Shown: piece by piece, positions 20,582-31,159 of the stretch
Numbering within the stretch: position 1 is the first letter of the stretch
How the letters are laid out: the number at the start of each line of letters is the position of its first letter
Assembly: GCA_003141955.1 (NCBI GenBank)
Contig: PLOC01000111.1
Span: 9,981 to 73,980, forward strand
DNA: 64,000 bases
Source of the DNA: Chloroflexota bacterium
Lineage (GTDB): Bacteria > Chloroflexota > Limnocylindria > Limnocylindrales > CSP1-4
Reading direction: 5' to 3'
The notes under the pieces: model-generated
Database searches by the model: none
What the model saw: the letters and a program-made list of their open reading frames with translations, nothing else
What the model was told of the DNA's origin: nothing
Program-made: the position numbers and the translations under genes

Positions 20582-20793
20582 GTTTCCCTGCCTCTGGTGT
20601 TCTGGCGCCGGTTTCCAGGGTAACGCGCATGGCTGCGTGCCGCTGCCCCTCTGCCTAACGGCCCGGCCCTTGACCGCCGACTTGCGTCCGACGTAATTGG
20701 AGAGTCAAACCAAACGAAGATGCTGATCCGGTTCGATCCGGCCGGCAGCGAGCCGATCGCCTGACGCCGTGTCCCCGGCCGGGCGTCGGCACC

Positions 20794-21600
20794 TCAGCCG
20801 GAGGTTCCACCGGCCAGCCGCGATGATGCCGGCCGCCCGGCTCGCCTGAAAACCACCGCGAGCAGCACACCCGTGACGATCAAGACGATCCAGTCGATTG
20901 ACAGGACCGCCACCTCGAACCCGACGATGTCGCTGCCCGCGAAGTACAGGCCCAGGAACATCCCGACCGCCAGGACGAAGCCGGCCACGAAGATCCACCT
21001 GATGGATCGTTCGACCCGGCCGCCTTCGAACGCCGGCGCTGCGAACAGGAACGCGACGGCCATCGCCAGGTACCCGAGACTCTCGAGCGCCACGAACAGC
21101 CCGTCGGGGTTGTACATCGTGAACAGCGAGAGACCCTCGGTCTGTCCGCTTCGGAGACTCGGGGCGATGACGGTGAACTGGATGAAGTAGTCGATCGCGA
21201 CAATGGGTGCGTAGACCAGGGCGAACGACAGCCCGAGGCGACCGAACAGCTTCCTGCCCTCGCTCGCGTAGGCGTCGATGCAGGCCATGAGCACCACGAA
21301 CGTCGGCACCAACAGGAGCGCCGGAACGATCCAGATGTAGTCCCCCGGGAAGAACGAGCCCGCATCCAGGTAGGGATAGGCGATGCAGTCTGACGGGCAG
21401 AAGGGGCCGCCCCTCGCGGGCGTCACGAACCCGATAGCCAACGCCGTCGCGCTCAGGACCACGGTCAAGATCGCCGCCCAGAACCCGAGCCGGCAAACGG
21501 TTGCGCTGAGGGTCGACACCGGTACTTGTGTTGCGACCGACTGTCTCCCGGCCTCCGATTGCATGGCTGCGCCCTCGGGTCGACTCGTCATTGTCCCCAC
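20794..21600 (-). CDS. Multi-TM hypothetical membrane protein
   Basis: About 6 hydrophobic helices; CPSDCIAYPY loop. Confidence 0.7.
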   Translation of the reverse strand: MGTMTSRPEGAAMQSEAGRQSVATQVPVSTLSATVCRLGFWAAILTVVLSATALAIGFVTPARGGPFCPSDCIAYPYLDAGSFFPGDYIWIVPALLLVPTFVVLMACIDAYASEGRKLFGRLGLSFALVYAPIVAIDYFIQFTVIAPSLRSGQTEGLSLFTMYNPDGLFVALESLGYLAMAVAFLFAAPAFEGGRVERSIRWIFVAGFVLAVGMFLGLYFAGSDIVGFEVAVLSIDWIVLIVTGVLLAVVFRRAGRPASSRLAGGTSG

Positions 21601-21640
21601 TCCCTTCCCGTACGGCCTGGTGCCCAGGCGTGCTCAGCTA

Positions 21641-21664
21641 TCGGTCGGTCGGTCGGTCGGTCGG
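21641..21664. repeat. (TCGG)6 microsatellite
   Basis: Six perfect TCGG units in a divergent intergenic region. Confidence 0.8.
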
Positions 21665-21896
21665 GACGAGTTTAGGCTCGACACACAGCTCGCTTGGGGC
21701 GCGATCGGACAGGCACCAGTCCCCACTCGGCTGCTGGCGGGTTCCCTCGATGGGTCCTCGACTCGGGAAGCTCGTCCTGGGGCTGAGCACGGCCGGTCAC
21801 GGCAGGCACCGATCAGGGGTTCGGGAAGGAGAATGTCTCGGCCTCGGACTAGGGATACCATGCGCTCGCTGAACGCTCAGTGGCTATGGGTTTTCA

Positions 21897-23351
21897 ATGC
21901 CGACCACATCCCCGGAGACAGCGACGATGAACGTGCTGGCGGCTGCCCCTCCTGAGAGTGGCGGCATCGCGGTGCTGCGAAACCGGCCGTTCTTGCTGTT
22001 GTGGTTGGCTCAGCTGTCGACCCAGGTCGGCGGCAACATGGTCATGCTCGGCTTGCTCTTCATCATCTCGTCCAACTACAGCGGTTCGACCATCGCTATT
22101 AGCATTCTTCTGCTGTGCTTCCTTGCTCCGGCCATCATCTTCTCGGCCGTCGCCGGCGTCTTCGTGGACCGAGCAAACAAGCGCTACACGTTGTTTGTCA
22201 CGAACGTGCTCCGCGGAGCGGCTTTCGTCCTGGTCTTCCTGGTCAGCAGCAATCTGCTCTTGCTGTACCTGCTGATGATCCTGGTTTCGACCGTGACGAC
22301 CTTCTTTGGCCCGGCGGAAGCTTCGATGATTCCTTTCCTTGTCCCGAGGTCACAGCTACTGGCGGCCAATGGTCTCTTCGCCCTGACGACCAACGCGGCG
22401 TTTGCCCTGGGCTTCGCGTTGTTCGGACCGTTCGTTATCGCCATCGCCGGCCCACAGGTACTGATCCTGATAGTCGCCGCTCTCTACTTCGTCGCTGCCG
22501 TCTTCTGCTGGATTCTGCCGTCGTCGCTGCCGTCACCGCCATTGCTGCCGTCGTCCCTGCCGTCGTCCCTGCCGTTCTCGCTTCCGTCGTCCCTGCCAAT
22601 TGAAGTGTCCGCAGTCGCGTCTGGCCATGCGGTCGTGGTCGCGGGGCGGGCGGCCAAGAGCACATTCGGGCAACTGGTCGAGGGGATCGCATACATCCGC
22701 GAGCATCGCAATGTGGGCTGGTCGCTGTCCTACATGGGAATCACCGGAGCGCTGATCGGCGTCCTCGCCGTGCTCGGCCCCGACTTTGCCAAGACGTCCT
22801 TGGGACTTGGAGACGACGGCTTAGTTGTGGTCGTCCTGCCTCTTGGTCTGGGCATCGTCACCGGCGTTCTGGCCATCAACGCCTACGGTCACTACTTCCC
22901 CCGGCGGCGGGTAATCGAGGCGGGATTGATCGTCCTCGGTCTCCTGCTCGCCCTGCTCTCATATGCTGGCTCTATCTCGCACTTCCTCAATGCCCAAGTA
23001 GGTGCGGTCGCCGAGGCCCATGGTTTGCAGGATATCGGTCAGGTTATCTCGCTTCTCTCGATGGTTATCGCCATCGCCTTTGTCGCGGGCATCTGCTACG
23101 CCATCGTCGCCATCTCCGCTCAAACCCAACTCCAGGAGGAACTGCCGGAGGACGTCCGAGGCCGTGTTTTTGGCATCCTCAATATGCTCGTGTCTGTCTC
23201 GAGCTTGCTGCCGATCATGGTGGTGGGGCCTGCCGCGGACCTGGTGGGAGCCTCCGTGATCCTGCTCGTGGTTTCGCTCGTCGTTTGCGCTTGGGGATTG
23301 ACCAGCGTCATTCGCCGGGGACGGTTGCGGCCCGTGGGGATGCCCGCCTGA
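21897..23351 (+). CDS. MFS transporter (DHA3/H+ antiporter-like)
   Basis: LRNRPFLLLWLAQ, AGVFVDRANKR motif A, LQEELPEDVRGRVFG, about 12 TM. Confidence 0.9.
   Translation: MPTTSPETATMNVLAAAPPESGGIAVLRNRPFLLLWLAQLSTQVGGNMVMLGLLFIISSNYSGSTIAISILLLCFLAPAIIFSAVAGVFVDRANKRYTLFVTNVLRGAAFVLVFLVSSNLLLLYLLMILVSTVTTFFGPAEASMIPFLVPRSQLLAANGLFALTTNAAFALGFALFGPFVIAIAGPQVLILIVAALYFVAAVFCWILPSSLPSPPLLPSSLPSSLPFSLPSSLPIEVSAVASGHAVVVAGRAAKSTFGQLVEGIAYIREHRNVGWSLSYMGITGALIGVLAVLGPDFAKTSLGLGDDGLVVVVLPLGLGIVTGVLAINAYGHYFPRRRVIEAGLIVLGLLLALLSYAGSISHFLNAQVGAVAEAHGLQDIGQVISLLSMVIAIAFVAGICYAIVAISAQTQLQEELPEDVRGRVFGILNMLVSVSSLLPIMVVGPAADLVGASVILLVVSLVVCAWGLTSVIRRGRLRPVGMPA
22515..22598 (+). repeat. In-frame 12-bp tandem repeat encoding (LPSS)n in the MFS central loop
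   Basis: CTGCCGTCGTCC-like units giving LPSSLPSPPLLPSSLPSSLPFSLPSSLP. Confidence 0.8.
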
Positions 23352-23595
23352 GGCCTGGCCACCCAGCTGCTGCGCCGCGTGGCCGTGCACCGTAGAAGTG
23401 AGGCGCGGGCGCGTCAACCCCTTCCCCGACCAGACCTCCGGGCGACAGCCCTCGCGATCAGAGCCTCAACCCTCTCCGACTTCCAACAGGGGAGGGGTTT
23501 TCATCCTCGCGGCCCGGCCCGATCCAGCCCAGACTCAGGGAACGGCATGAGGATCCATGCCTGGTTTGGGCATGCGCGGCTAGTGGAGAACTGAG

Positions 23596-23952
23596 ATGAC
23601 CGATCAGCACACCAAAGGCGACGCGGCTGGCGGGTTCGCGACAAAGGCGCAGGAGGGTGCCGCTGCGGCGCTGGCGGGTGCCCGGGCTACCGCTGACGAG
23701 GTGGGGGCCCGCCTGCCCGGCATCGCGTCGGCCGGCGCCGAAGGAGCTTCCCAGTCCGTGAGAATGCTCCAGGAGTTGTCCGATCCGAGGCTCGAGCTTC
23801 TGGTCGCATTCTCCCTGGGTGTCGGGGCAGGTCTCTGGATGGCCGGTGCGCCGCGTCTTGTCACTCTGGCGGCGTTGTCTCCTGCGCTGCTGGTCGGAGT
23901 GGCAATCGCCTCGCGCAAGCAGAGCAATCCGGGCCGTGGTCCGCGCCGCTAG
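23596..23952 (+). CDS. Hypothetical membrane protein
   Basis: GGAG RBS, Ala-rich N-terminus, two C-terminal TM segments. Confidence 0.6.
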   Translation: MTDQHTKGDAAGGFATKAQEGAAAALAGARATADEVGARLPGIASAGAEGASQSVRMLQELSDPRLELLVAFSLGVGAGLWMAGAPRLVTLAALSPALLVGVAIASRKQSNPGRGPRR

Positions 23953-23996
23953 CACCCGATGGGCGCGGCCGGCCACGGTGCCGCAGAGGCCCAGCC

Positions 23997-25313
23997 ATGA
24001 CTGAACACCGTCCGCTTCTGAACGCCCCCTCTCGCCAGACCCCCGGCCAAGCCAAGAACCCGGCTCCCAAGCTTCGCCTGGCTGCTCTTCGTTCGATCAA
24101 TCTGCGTCCGGCCAACAGCCTCCGTCGCCTGGCGACGATCTTCTTTGCGACCGGATCGACCGTCTTCATTCTCCTTATCATCCAGCAAGCCGTGGCGGTC
24201 CTTGGCGCCTTCAGCGAGATCTTCATGATCTGCTTTCTGGCCTGGCTGTTGGCCTTCGTGGTCAGCCCCCTCGTCGACTGGGCAGCTGGTCGTTTCAACA
24301 TGGGACGGAGCAAGGCGGTCGGCTTGGTCTATGGTTGCGTGGCGCTCACCCTTATCGGGTTTATTCTCATTGCCGCCTCGATCGGGATGACTGAGGCGAC
24401 GAATCTGGTAAGCAGAACGGACCAGGCCACGGCGACCATTAGCGGCAGTCTGGTCTCGCTCCAGCAACGTTTGGGAATCGGCACCAAGACGATCGACTTA
24501 GCCGCCCTCTTCCGTCAGGGAGAGGCCAGAATCCTGCCCGAGATCAACACCATTCTGGCAGATCAATCTGGGGCCATCGCCGGGACCGTCATGTCGGTTG
24601 TCGGTGCACTCTCAATCATCCTGGTGCTGTCGGTCTTCATAGTCTCTGATGCTTCCGGCTTGCAGGCTGAATGGCGCAGGGTGATTCCAAATCGTTTCGA
24701 GACCCAGCTCGATCTTTTCGATCGCTCGGTTGGTCGAGCCTTCAGGGGGTTTCTCTGGATGCAGGTCATCCTCATGGTCATTCAGGTCGTGCTGACGCTC
24801 GTTGTCGGTCTGGTGTTTGGCCTGCCGTACCTGTTCCTCATCTGTCTCTTTGCTGCGTTGTGTATGCCGATCCCATTCGTCGGCTCCGCTTTGGCTCTGG
24901 CTCCGCCGATCTTCATCGCCGCCGCTTTCGTTCCCGGCGCAGTTGTCCCGGTCGCCGTTGTGCTCTTTGTCGGACAGGCGGTCATCATGCATCTCGTCAC
25001 GCCTCGACTGATGAAGAGAACTTCTGGGGTGCATCCAATCGTCACCATCGTCTCCGTTCTGATCGGAGCGCAGGTGGCGGGGATCTGGGGTGCTGTCTTC
25101 GGACTGCCGGTGGCGGCAGTTATCTCGATCCTGGCCAGCTATGTCATCAATGTGCAAGCTGTTCAAGAAGTCGAGGGTGTTGACCTCGGCACGGTCACCG
25201 CCGCGATCCGAGCGGCCTACCCGGAGGCTACCCCGGAAGAGGTCCTGGCCGAGGCGGCCGACCAAGCTGAGGCCATCTATGCCACTCAGCGCGAGGAGAG
25301 AATCATCGCATAG
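23997..25313 (+). CDS. AI-2E (PerM) family transporter
   Basis: LLAFVVSPLVD, IPFVGSALA, PRLMKRTSGVHP, GIWGAVFGLPVAAV. Confidence 0.88.
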   Translation: MTEHRPLLNAPSRQTPGQAKNPAPKLRLAALRSINLRPANSLRRLATIFFATGSTVFILLIIQQAVAVLGAFSEIFMICFLAWLLAFVVSPLVDWAAGRFNMGRSKAVGLVYGCVALTLIGFILIAASIGMTEATNLVSRTDQATATISGSLVSLQQRLGIGTKTIDLAALFRQGEARILPEINTILADQSGAIAGTVMSVVGALSIILVLSVFIVSDASGLQAEWRRVIPNRFETQLDLFDRSVGRAFRGFLWMQVILMVIQVVLTLVVGLVFGLPYLFLICLFAALCMPIPFVGSALALAPPIFIAAAFVPGAVVPVAVVLFVGQAVIMHLVTPRLMKRTSGVHPIVTIVSVLIGAQVAGIWGAVFGLPVAAVISILASYVINVQAVQEVEGVDLGTVTAAIRAAYPEATPEEVLAEAADQAEAIYATQREERIIA

Positions 25314-25411
25314 GTATCTCTCTTGTGCGCTCGGGCTTGGAGAACGCGGCCCTTGTGAAACGACGACCTCAGAGCCTTAGCATCGCCGCAAGGGAGTAGA
25401 GTGCGGTCAGG

Positions 25412-26206
25412 ATGCGGGAAATGCCTGCGGTCTTGCACGTTCGCCGTCTTGCCCGGGGGGCAGCCGTCGTTCTCCTCTTGGGGTCCGTAGCGGCCTGTAG
25501 CGCCACCGGCAAGACGCTTAACGGCGTCCTGGCATCTGCTGCGGCCTCTGCCGAGCCTACCCTGGCGCCGACGCCGACTCCGACACCGACGCCGACACCG
25601 ACGCCGATGTCGACCGTGGACAGCTTCGAGGCCAGGATCGCGACCAGCGACTTCCAGGCGCAAGGACCCGTGGTCGGGTCAATTGCGGTGACCACGATCT
25701 TCGGCTCAACCTCAGGCTCGGTCACGGGAACGTTCAAGGTCAAAGGCGCAGACAGTGACGTCTCGATTGCCTCGAAGATCCTGGGCATTACGAACACGAA
25801 CGACAGCATCGTCGTCGGCGACGCGGCGTACTCGCGGACGAACGGAGGCCAATGGACCGAGGCGCCAGCCTCAGGAAAGACGCTTCAAGGCTTTGTGGGC
25901 AGCGGCATCGTCCTCATCGACGAGGGCGTGGAGCCCAAATTCGACAAAGAGCTTCACGAGCTCATCGTTGCGAACATGGCGGGCGTAGACCTCTCTGCGT
26001 TCGGCATCACGGCCGGTGCCGGTCAGGAAAACCTCACCGTCAGCAGTTTGTCCTTCTGGGCAGAGGAGGACGGGACTCCGGCCGGCATGACCATCCAGGC
26101 GTCTCTCGATCAGAAGATCTTCAACACGCCGTCCCATGAGACGGTGACGCTGGACATCAGCATCGACACGCTGTCAGGCGTTTTGATCACGGCACCAACG
26201 AGTTAG
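25412..26206 (+). CDS. Lipoprotein with (PT)n linker, possibly LppX/LolA-like fold
   Basis: Lipobox VAAC, PTPTPT repeat, beta-rich body ending ITAPTS. Confidence 0.7.
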   Translation: MREMPAVLHVRRLARGAAVVLLLGSVAACSATGKTLNGVLASAAASAEPTLAPTPTPTPTPTPTPMSTVDSFEARIATSDFQAQGPVVGSIAVTTIFGSTSGSVTGTFKVKGADSDVSIASKILGITNTNDSIVVGDAAYSRTNGGQWTEAPASGKTLQGFVGSGIVLIDEGVEPKFDKELHELIVANMAGVDLSAFGITAGAGQENLTVSSLSFWAEEDGTPAGMTIQASLDQKIFNTPSHETVTLDISIDTLSGVLITAPTS

Positions 26207-26319
26207 GCCCCACCCGGCCGTGCGGTGATTCGCCGGCCTCGAACCGCGGACCGGCCGCCGGCCGACTGCGCGGGCTCACGAACGGGGCCGGTTCAGGCCC
26301 AGAGCGCGCTGATTGGGGC

Positions 26320-27518
26320 CTACGGCTGCCAGTAGACGTGCGTCGCGTTTATGGTGCCGGGGATCGCCGTCACCGGCCCCCCGTTCGCGGCGATGACGTA
26401 GATGCCGCCGCCGGACGACTTGATGAAGGCCAGCTTCGTGTGGTCGGGGCGACCAGCTCGGGCTCTTGGTCGCGAACGCGAACACCACGGTGCCGCTGCC
26501 GGTAGTCGCATTGACCAGCCTGAGCGTCCCGCTCGACACGGCCAGCGCGGCGCTGTCCGGGCGCCAGGCGAAGTCGGTCGCCGCCCCCAGGTTCTTCGAG
26601 ATTCCACCGGCCAGATTCCGGACGTAGAGATAGCCGCCGTTCAGGAAGGCGACCTTAGTGCCGTCGGGCGACACGTCCAGCCGGGTGGCCGTAACGCCGA
26701 GCGAGATCGCCGAGCCGTCGAGGAGGCTGACCCGATACCAGGCGTTGTAGTCGTTGACCGCGACCAGGCCCGAGCCGTTGGGCAGCCAGGCGCTCAGGCG
26801 GTAGGTGACGTTGGCCTTGACGATCGTCTGCGTGCCGCCCGCGGCGTTCATCCAGGCCAGGTCGTGGATGTTGTCGATGCTGTTCTGCTCGCAGACCTGG
26901 TCGGCGCCCGAGAAGTGCCAGTAGGCTATCTTGCCGTCGGTCGGCGACCACGTGAAGAGCCAGTCCTTGATCGTCATGGTGACGACAGGGATCTCGGTGC
27001 TGGCGGATACCGGCAAGTTCGAGATCTGGGCGGCACAGCTCGGCCACCTGATGATGTGGATCATCGAGCCGTCGTGGGACCAGATCGCGTCGAGGTCCAC
27101 GGGCGGCGGGCTGTAGGGACCGAGCGAGAAGCCATCAGCGATCTTGCGGGCGCCGGTGCCGTTGGGCTTGACGAGCCAGGCCTGCGGCGTGTGGCTGTCG
27201 GATGGGCCCGCTGACCGACGTCAGGTAGAGCAGGTACTGGCCATGGACGACGGGCGGCACCGTCGGCGTGGGCGTGGGATGCAGCGTCGGCGCGGGCGTG
27301 GCAGGCGCCGGGGTTGGAGTCGGGGTTGCCGTGGGGGCCGGCGTTGGACTGGCGGTCGGGGCCGGCGAGGGTGTCTCCCCCCGGGCCGTGGCGGCGATGG
27401 TGGCGACGAGCGTTGCCCTCGGCGGAGCCGGAGATGGAGACGTGGCCGCCGAAGAGCAGGCGGCCCCGGCAAGACACAGCGCAGCCACCAGGGCCACGAC
27501 ACGACGGTGGGTTCCCAT
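26320..27518 (-). pseudogene. TolB-like beta-propeller lipoprotein split by two +1 frameshifts
   Basis: Signal/lipobox AAC, PT linker, WSHDG/WSPTDG/VSPDG/WRPDS repeats spread over three frames; extra C near 27204-27206 and 26446-26449. Confidence 0.8.
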
Positions 27519-27672
27519 AAGTCCTCCCCCGACCGAACAGGTCCACATCCGCGCCCCGACCCGGGGCGGCCACATCATGCGCCGTCGAGGGGGCCAGGGG
27601 AAGCGCCAGCGACCCTCGGAGTCGCCTCCGGGGGCCTGTTTCGTGCTGGGTAGCGGTGACGCGCCGGCGCCT

Positions 27673-28968
27673 CTACACCCCCAGTTCGCGAACGAGGCCG
27701 CTGGCCTCCAGCTCCAGGGCCGCGGCCAGCACCACGTCCCGGTCGCGGCCGACGATCTGGAGGCCGCCTACGGCGATGGCCGGCCAGCCCAGGAAATTGA
27801 ACGGACGCGTCCAGCGGGTCATGGCTGCCCGCACGTCGGGTTCCCAGCAGTCGTCCGGGGGAGGATCGATCGCCATCACCGGGCCGACGAGCACGTCACA
27901 GTCGAGCCTCGAGCGCGCTCGTTTCCGCAGCTCCCAGGTGGCCTTCAGGCCCCTTTGCCATCGCACCGCGCTGATCCCCTGTGCGTCATCCAGCTTGAGC
28001 CGAAGGTCCGGCCCGTAGCGCTCACGCTCGCGCGGAAACCAGGCCATGTGCGTGATCGCGCATTCGGCGGCGAAGGCCGCCATGAGATCGGCGTCCAGCT
28101 CGGGGAGCTCGGCCTCCTCCACGAGGGCGCCCAACCTGGCCAGGTCGTCCTCGATGCCGGTGACGGCCAGCACGCCGACGCGCACGCCCGCGAGCCGAGG
28201 CGCCGGCGCAGGCCGTCCCGTCAGGACCGCATCCACGAGCGCCGCGTCGGCCACGGTCCGAGCCATGCCCCCGACCGTGTCGAACGATGGCGCGAGCGGG
28301 AAGACGCCACGCGTCGGGATTGCTCCGTATGCCGGCTTGAAACCCACCACACCGCAGCAGGCCGCCGGGATCCGGATCGATCCACCCGTGTCCGTGCCCA
28401 GGCCGATGGTCGCCTGGTGGTCGGCCAGGGCCGCCGCGGTCCCGCCGCTCGAACCGCCGGCCACGCGCCCGGGCCTGGCGGGGTTCGCGACCGTGCCCCA
28501 GTGCGGGTTCTGGCTGGTCACGCCGAAGGCGAACTCATGCATGTTCGTCTTGCCGACGACAATCGCACCGGCGGCCTCCAGCCTGGCCACCGCCGTGGCC
28601 GTCCGCCGCGGGACGTGGTCGGCGAAGATCGAGGAGCCGTAGGTGGTGCGCACGCCTGCCGTGTCGAAGATGTCCTTCACGGCGAGGGGCACTCCGGCCA
28701 GCGGTCCGGTCGGTCCTTCGCGGGCCCGTTTCAACGCCTCCTCGGGGCACGCGGTGATGTAGGCGTGGCCCTCCCGGTGCGCCTCGATGCGAGCCAGCGT
28801 TGCCCCGACGATCTCGACGGCGGAGATATCGCCCCCGTTCACGGCGGTGGCGATTTCGGCGGCGGACATGGTCAGGCGATCATCCAGGTCGAGTGGCGGG
28901 GGTGGGACGAGCGGCCCGAGCGGGGCGGCCGGGGCATCAAGCGGGGCGGGCGTGGTTTGATCGGTCAT
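27673..28968 (-). CDS. Amidase signature family protein
   Basis: GPLAGVPLAVKD, GKTNMHEFA, GGSSGG, GTDTGGSIRIPA. Confidence 0.93.
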   Translation of the reverse strand: MTDQTTPAPLDAPAAPLGPLVPPPPLDLDDRLTMSAAEIATAVNGGDISAVEIVGATLARIEAHREGHAYITACPEEALKRAREGPTGPLAGVPLAVKDIFDTAGVRTTYGSSIFADHVPRRTATAVARLEAAGAIVVGKTNMHEFAFGVTSQNPHWGTVANPARPGRVAGGSSGGTAAALADHQATIGLGTDTGGSIRIPAACCGVVGFKPAYGAIPTRGVFPLAPSFDTVGGMARTVADAALVDAVLTGRPAPAPRLAGVRVGVLAVTGIEDDLARLGALVEEAELPELDADLMAAFAAECAITHMAWFPRERERYGPDLRLKLDDAQGISAVRWQRGLKATWELRKRARSRLDCDVLVGPVMAIDPPPDDCWEPDVRAAMTRWTRPFNFLGWPAIAVGGLQIVGRDRDVVLAAALELEASGLVRELGV

Positions 28969-29122
28969 CGGTCTCAAGATCGCCGAGCGTTCGCATACGG
29001 TCAAGCCCAGATATGATCTGCCCAAAGTGGAGTCAGGCCGATTGGCCTCGACTCCCGCTGGGCGGCGGCCAACGACTGTTTCGTGCGGCACCGAGTCCAG
29101 CCATGGAAAGGAAGACGGACGA

Positions 29123-30265
29123 ATGACGTTCGCGGCGGGCGACAAGAAGGCCGATCTTGCCGGGCCGGGCATCGGCAACTACGAGGACCTCGAGAAGGTC
29201 CTGCCGAACGACTACGCATCTGCGCTCAACCGCAGGGAGACCCAGGAGGCCATCTTCGTAGTCAAGGACTACATCGAGCGCAATCTCTGCAAGGAGCTGA
29301 ACCTGCACATGGTCCAGGTTCCGCTCATCGTCGACGTCGAGTCGGGCATCAACGACATGCTCGACCGTGACGGCAAGCGCGGGCCGATCCAGTTCCACAT
29401 CTCCAACGACTACGACAAGCACCCGATCGACGCCCAGGTCGTGCAGGCCGCCACCAAGTGGAAGCGTCCCGCGCTCAGGGAGTTCGGCTACGGGGTCGGC
29501 GAGGGCCTCCTGACGGACATGCGGGCCGTCCGCAAGGACTACTTCCTCGACCACGACCACAGCTGCTACGTGGACCAGTGGGACTGGGAGAGGGTCATAA
29601 GGGCCGAGGACCGCAACCTCGACTTCCTTCGGATGGTCGTGCGGAGGATCTGGAAGGTCATCAAGGGCGCCGAGCAGGAGGCCTTCGACAGGTTCCCCAC
29701 GCTCCGGGCCGACAAGTACCCGGAGCTGCCCGACGAGATCACCTTTATGCACGCCGAGGAGCTGCTCGACCGCTACCCGAACCTGCCCCGCAAGCAGCGC
29801 GAGACGACCATCCTCCAGGAGATCCCGGCCATCTTCATCATCGGGATCGGCTGGACCCTCGCCGACGGCTACCCACACGAGATGCGGGCCGCCGACTACG
29901 ACGACTGGGTCACCCCCACCGTCTCCGCCGGCGGCCGCCCCATGCATGGCCTGAACGGCGACATCCTGGTCTGGAACAGCGTGACGCGCCGGCGCCACGA
30001 GCTCACCTCAATGGGCATCCGGGTGAACGCCGAGACCCTGCGCCAGCAGCTCGAGATTACCGGCCAGCTCGACTGGCTCAACCTTCCCTACCACAAGGGG
30101 ATCGTCAGCGGCGAGACGCCGCTGAGCATCGGCGGCGGGATCGGGCAGGGCCGAACCCAGATGCACCTGCTCCACAAGGCGCACCTGGGCGAAGTCACGG
30201 TCACGGTCTGGCCGAAGATCCTAAAAGAGATCTGCGCGAAGAAGAACATCTTCGTGCTCGAATAG
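29123..30265 (+). CDS. asnA: Aspartate--ammonia ligase
   Basis: VVQAATKWKR, TDMRAVRKD, HSCYVDQWDWE, RAADYDDW, SMGIRV, SIGGGIGQGR. Confidence 0.95.
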   Translation: MTFAAGDKKADLAGPGIGNYEDLEKVLPNDYASALNRRETQEAIFVVKDYIERNLCKELNLHMVQVPLIVDVESGINDMLDRDGKRGPIQFHISNDYDKHPIDAQVVQAATKWKRPALREFGYGVGEGLLTDMRAVRKDYFLDHDHSCYVDQWDWERVIRAEDRNLDFLRMVVRRIWKVIKGAEQEAFDRFPTLRADKYPELPDEITFMHAEELLDRYPNLPRKQRETTILQEIPAIFIIGIGWTLADGYPHEMRAADYDDWVTPTVSAGGRPMHGLNGDILVWNSVTRRRHELTSMGIRVNAETLRQQLEITGQLDWLNLPYHKGIVSGETPLSIGGGIGQGRTQMHLLHKAHLGEVTVTVWPKILKEICAKKNIFVLE

Positions 30266-30354
30266 GCGCCCGAGACGAGGGCCGGCGGCGCGCCGGGCGG
30301 CGTCGGCTGCCGGCCCCTCCTGTTCAGCCGCGGCTCCCTCGCATCGGCCGGCCG

Positions 30355-30753
30355 TTACTCCTCGTTGCGCCGGGTCGGCCCACCGTCGCTGCAGGTGTCG
30401 GGGTAGCCCTCCAGTCGAGCCAACCGGCGAGACAGCTGCATCTCGAGCACGCGTAGCTCCGAGTTGCCCGCGTTCGAGACGCTGTACGCCTCGTCCGCCA
30501 GCACGACGAAGCTGTCTCCTGCCGCGCCGGCGCACTCCCTGGCCCCGACGACGGCCCGAGCCAGCCCCGACACGACGTAGAAGAGGCAGTCGACATCCGC
30601 GTCGGCACGGCCCGATTCGACCTCCCCCACCGGGAGCACGTTCATCCAGGCGGAGATGATCTCGCCCGGGCGCAGTGTGTCGACGGCCGGCCGGCCCGTG
30701 CGGCCGCCCTCGACCAGTGCCACGGCTTCCTGCGTCTCGACTCGATATCGCAT
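30355..30753 (-). CDS. Cupin-like domain protein
   Basis: FYVVSG...AGDSFVV...YSVSNAGNSELRVL cupin pattern, without metal-binding His. Confidence 0.65.
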   Translation of the reverse strand: MRYRVETQEAVALVEGGRTGRPAVDTLRPGEIISAWMNVLPVGEVESGRADADVDCLFYVVSGLARAVVGARECAGAAGDSFVVLADEAYSVSNAGNSELRVLEMQLSRRLARLEGYPDTCSDGGPTRRNEE

Positions 30754-31106
30754 CGTCCTGCATCCAATCGATGCAGGCCAGGTCGTCGGACCGGCCGGCT
30801 CATGGCCGGCGGTCCGCGTCCGGCCGCCCGCGCCCACGATGAATGCCGGCCGGGACGAGCGGCAGAGGCTTCGGTCACGAACCCGGAGCGACCCGGCCGG
30901 GCGCGCCGCGTTCGACCTTCGCTCTACCGGGCATGCGACCCCGACCCGCTCACGGTCGGAGCGTGGCAACGAGCGACCGTCTATCGAGCAGCAAATCGAG
31001 CGCTTCGAGGATGGAGCTTCGAAGAAGATAAGCCCCAGTGCGTAGATAAGCCGACTCCGGCATGGTGTGCTGACCAGTGGTCGCGTCGGGCACGAACTCT
31101 GTCGGC

Positions 31107-31142
31107 CCAGACGCTTGACAGTCTGGTTGTGTCGGACATAAT
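31107..31142 (+). promoter_or_regulatory. Sigma70-type promoter with operator-like inverted repeat for the TA operon
   Basis: TTGACA (31115-31120), 16 bp, CATAAT; CCAGAC/GTCTGG flank the -35. Confidence 0.7.
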
Positions 31143-31159
31143 CACTCGCGGGGGGAGCC

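Noticed and set aside
25563-25606. CCGAC(A/G/T) hexamer repeats
   Set aside because: They simply encode the Pro-Thr linker of a lipoprotein.
27673-28968. gatA
   Set aside because: No gatB or gatC neighbours, and it is shorter with a generic amidase signature.
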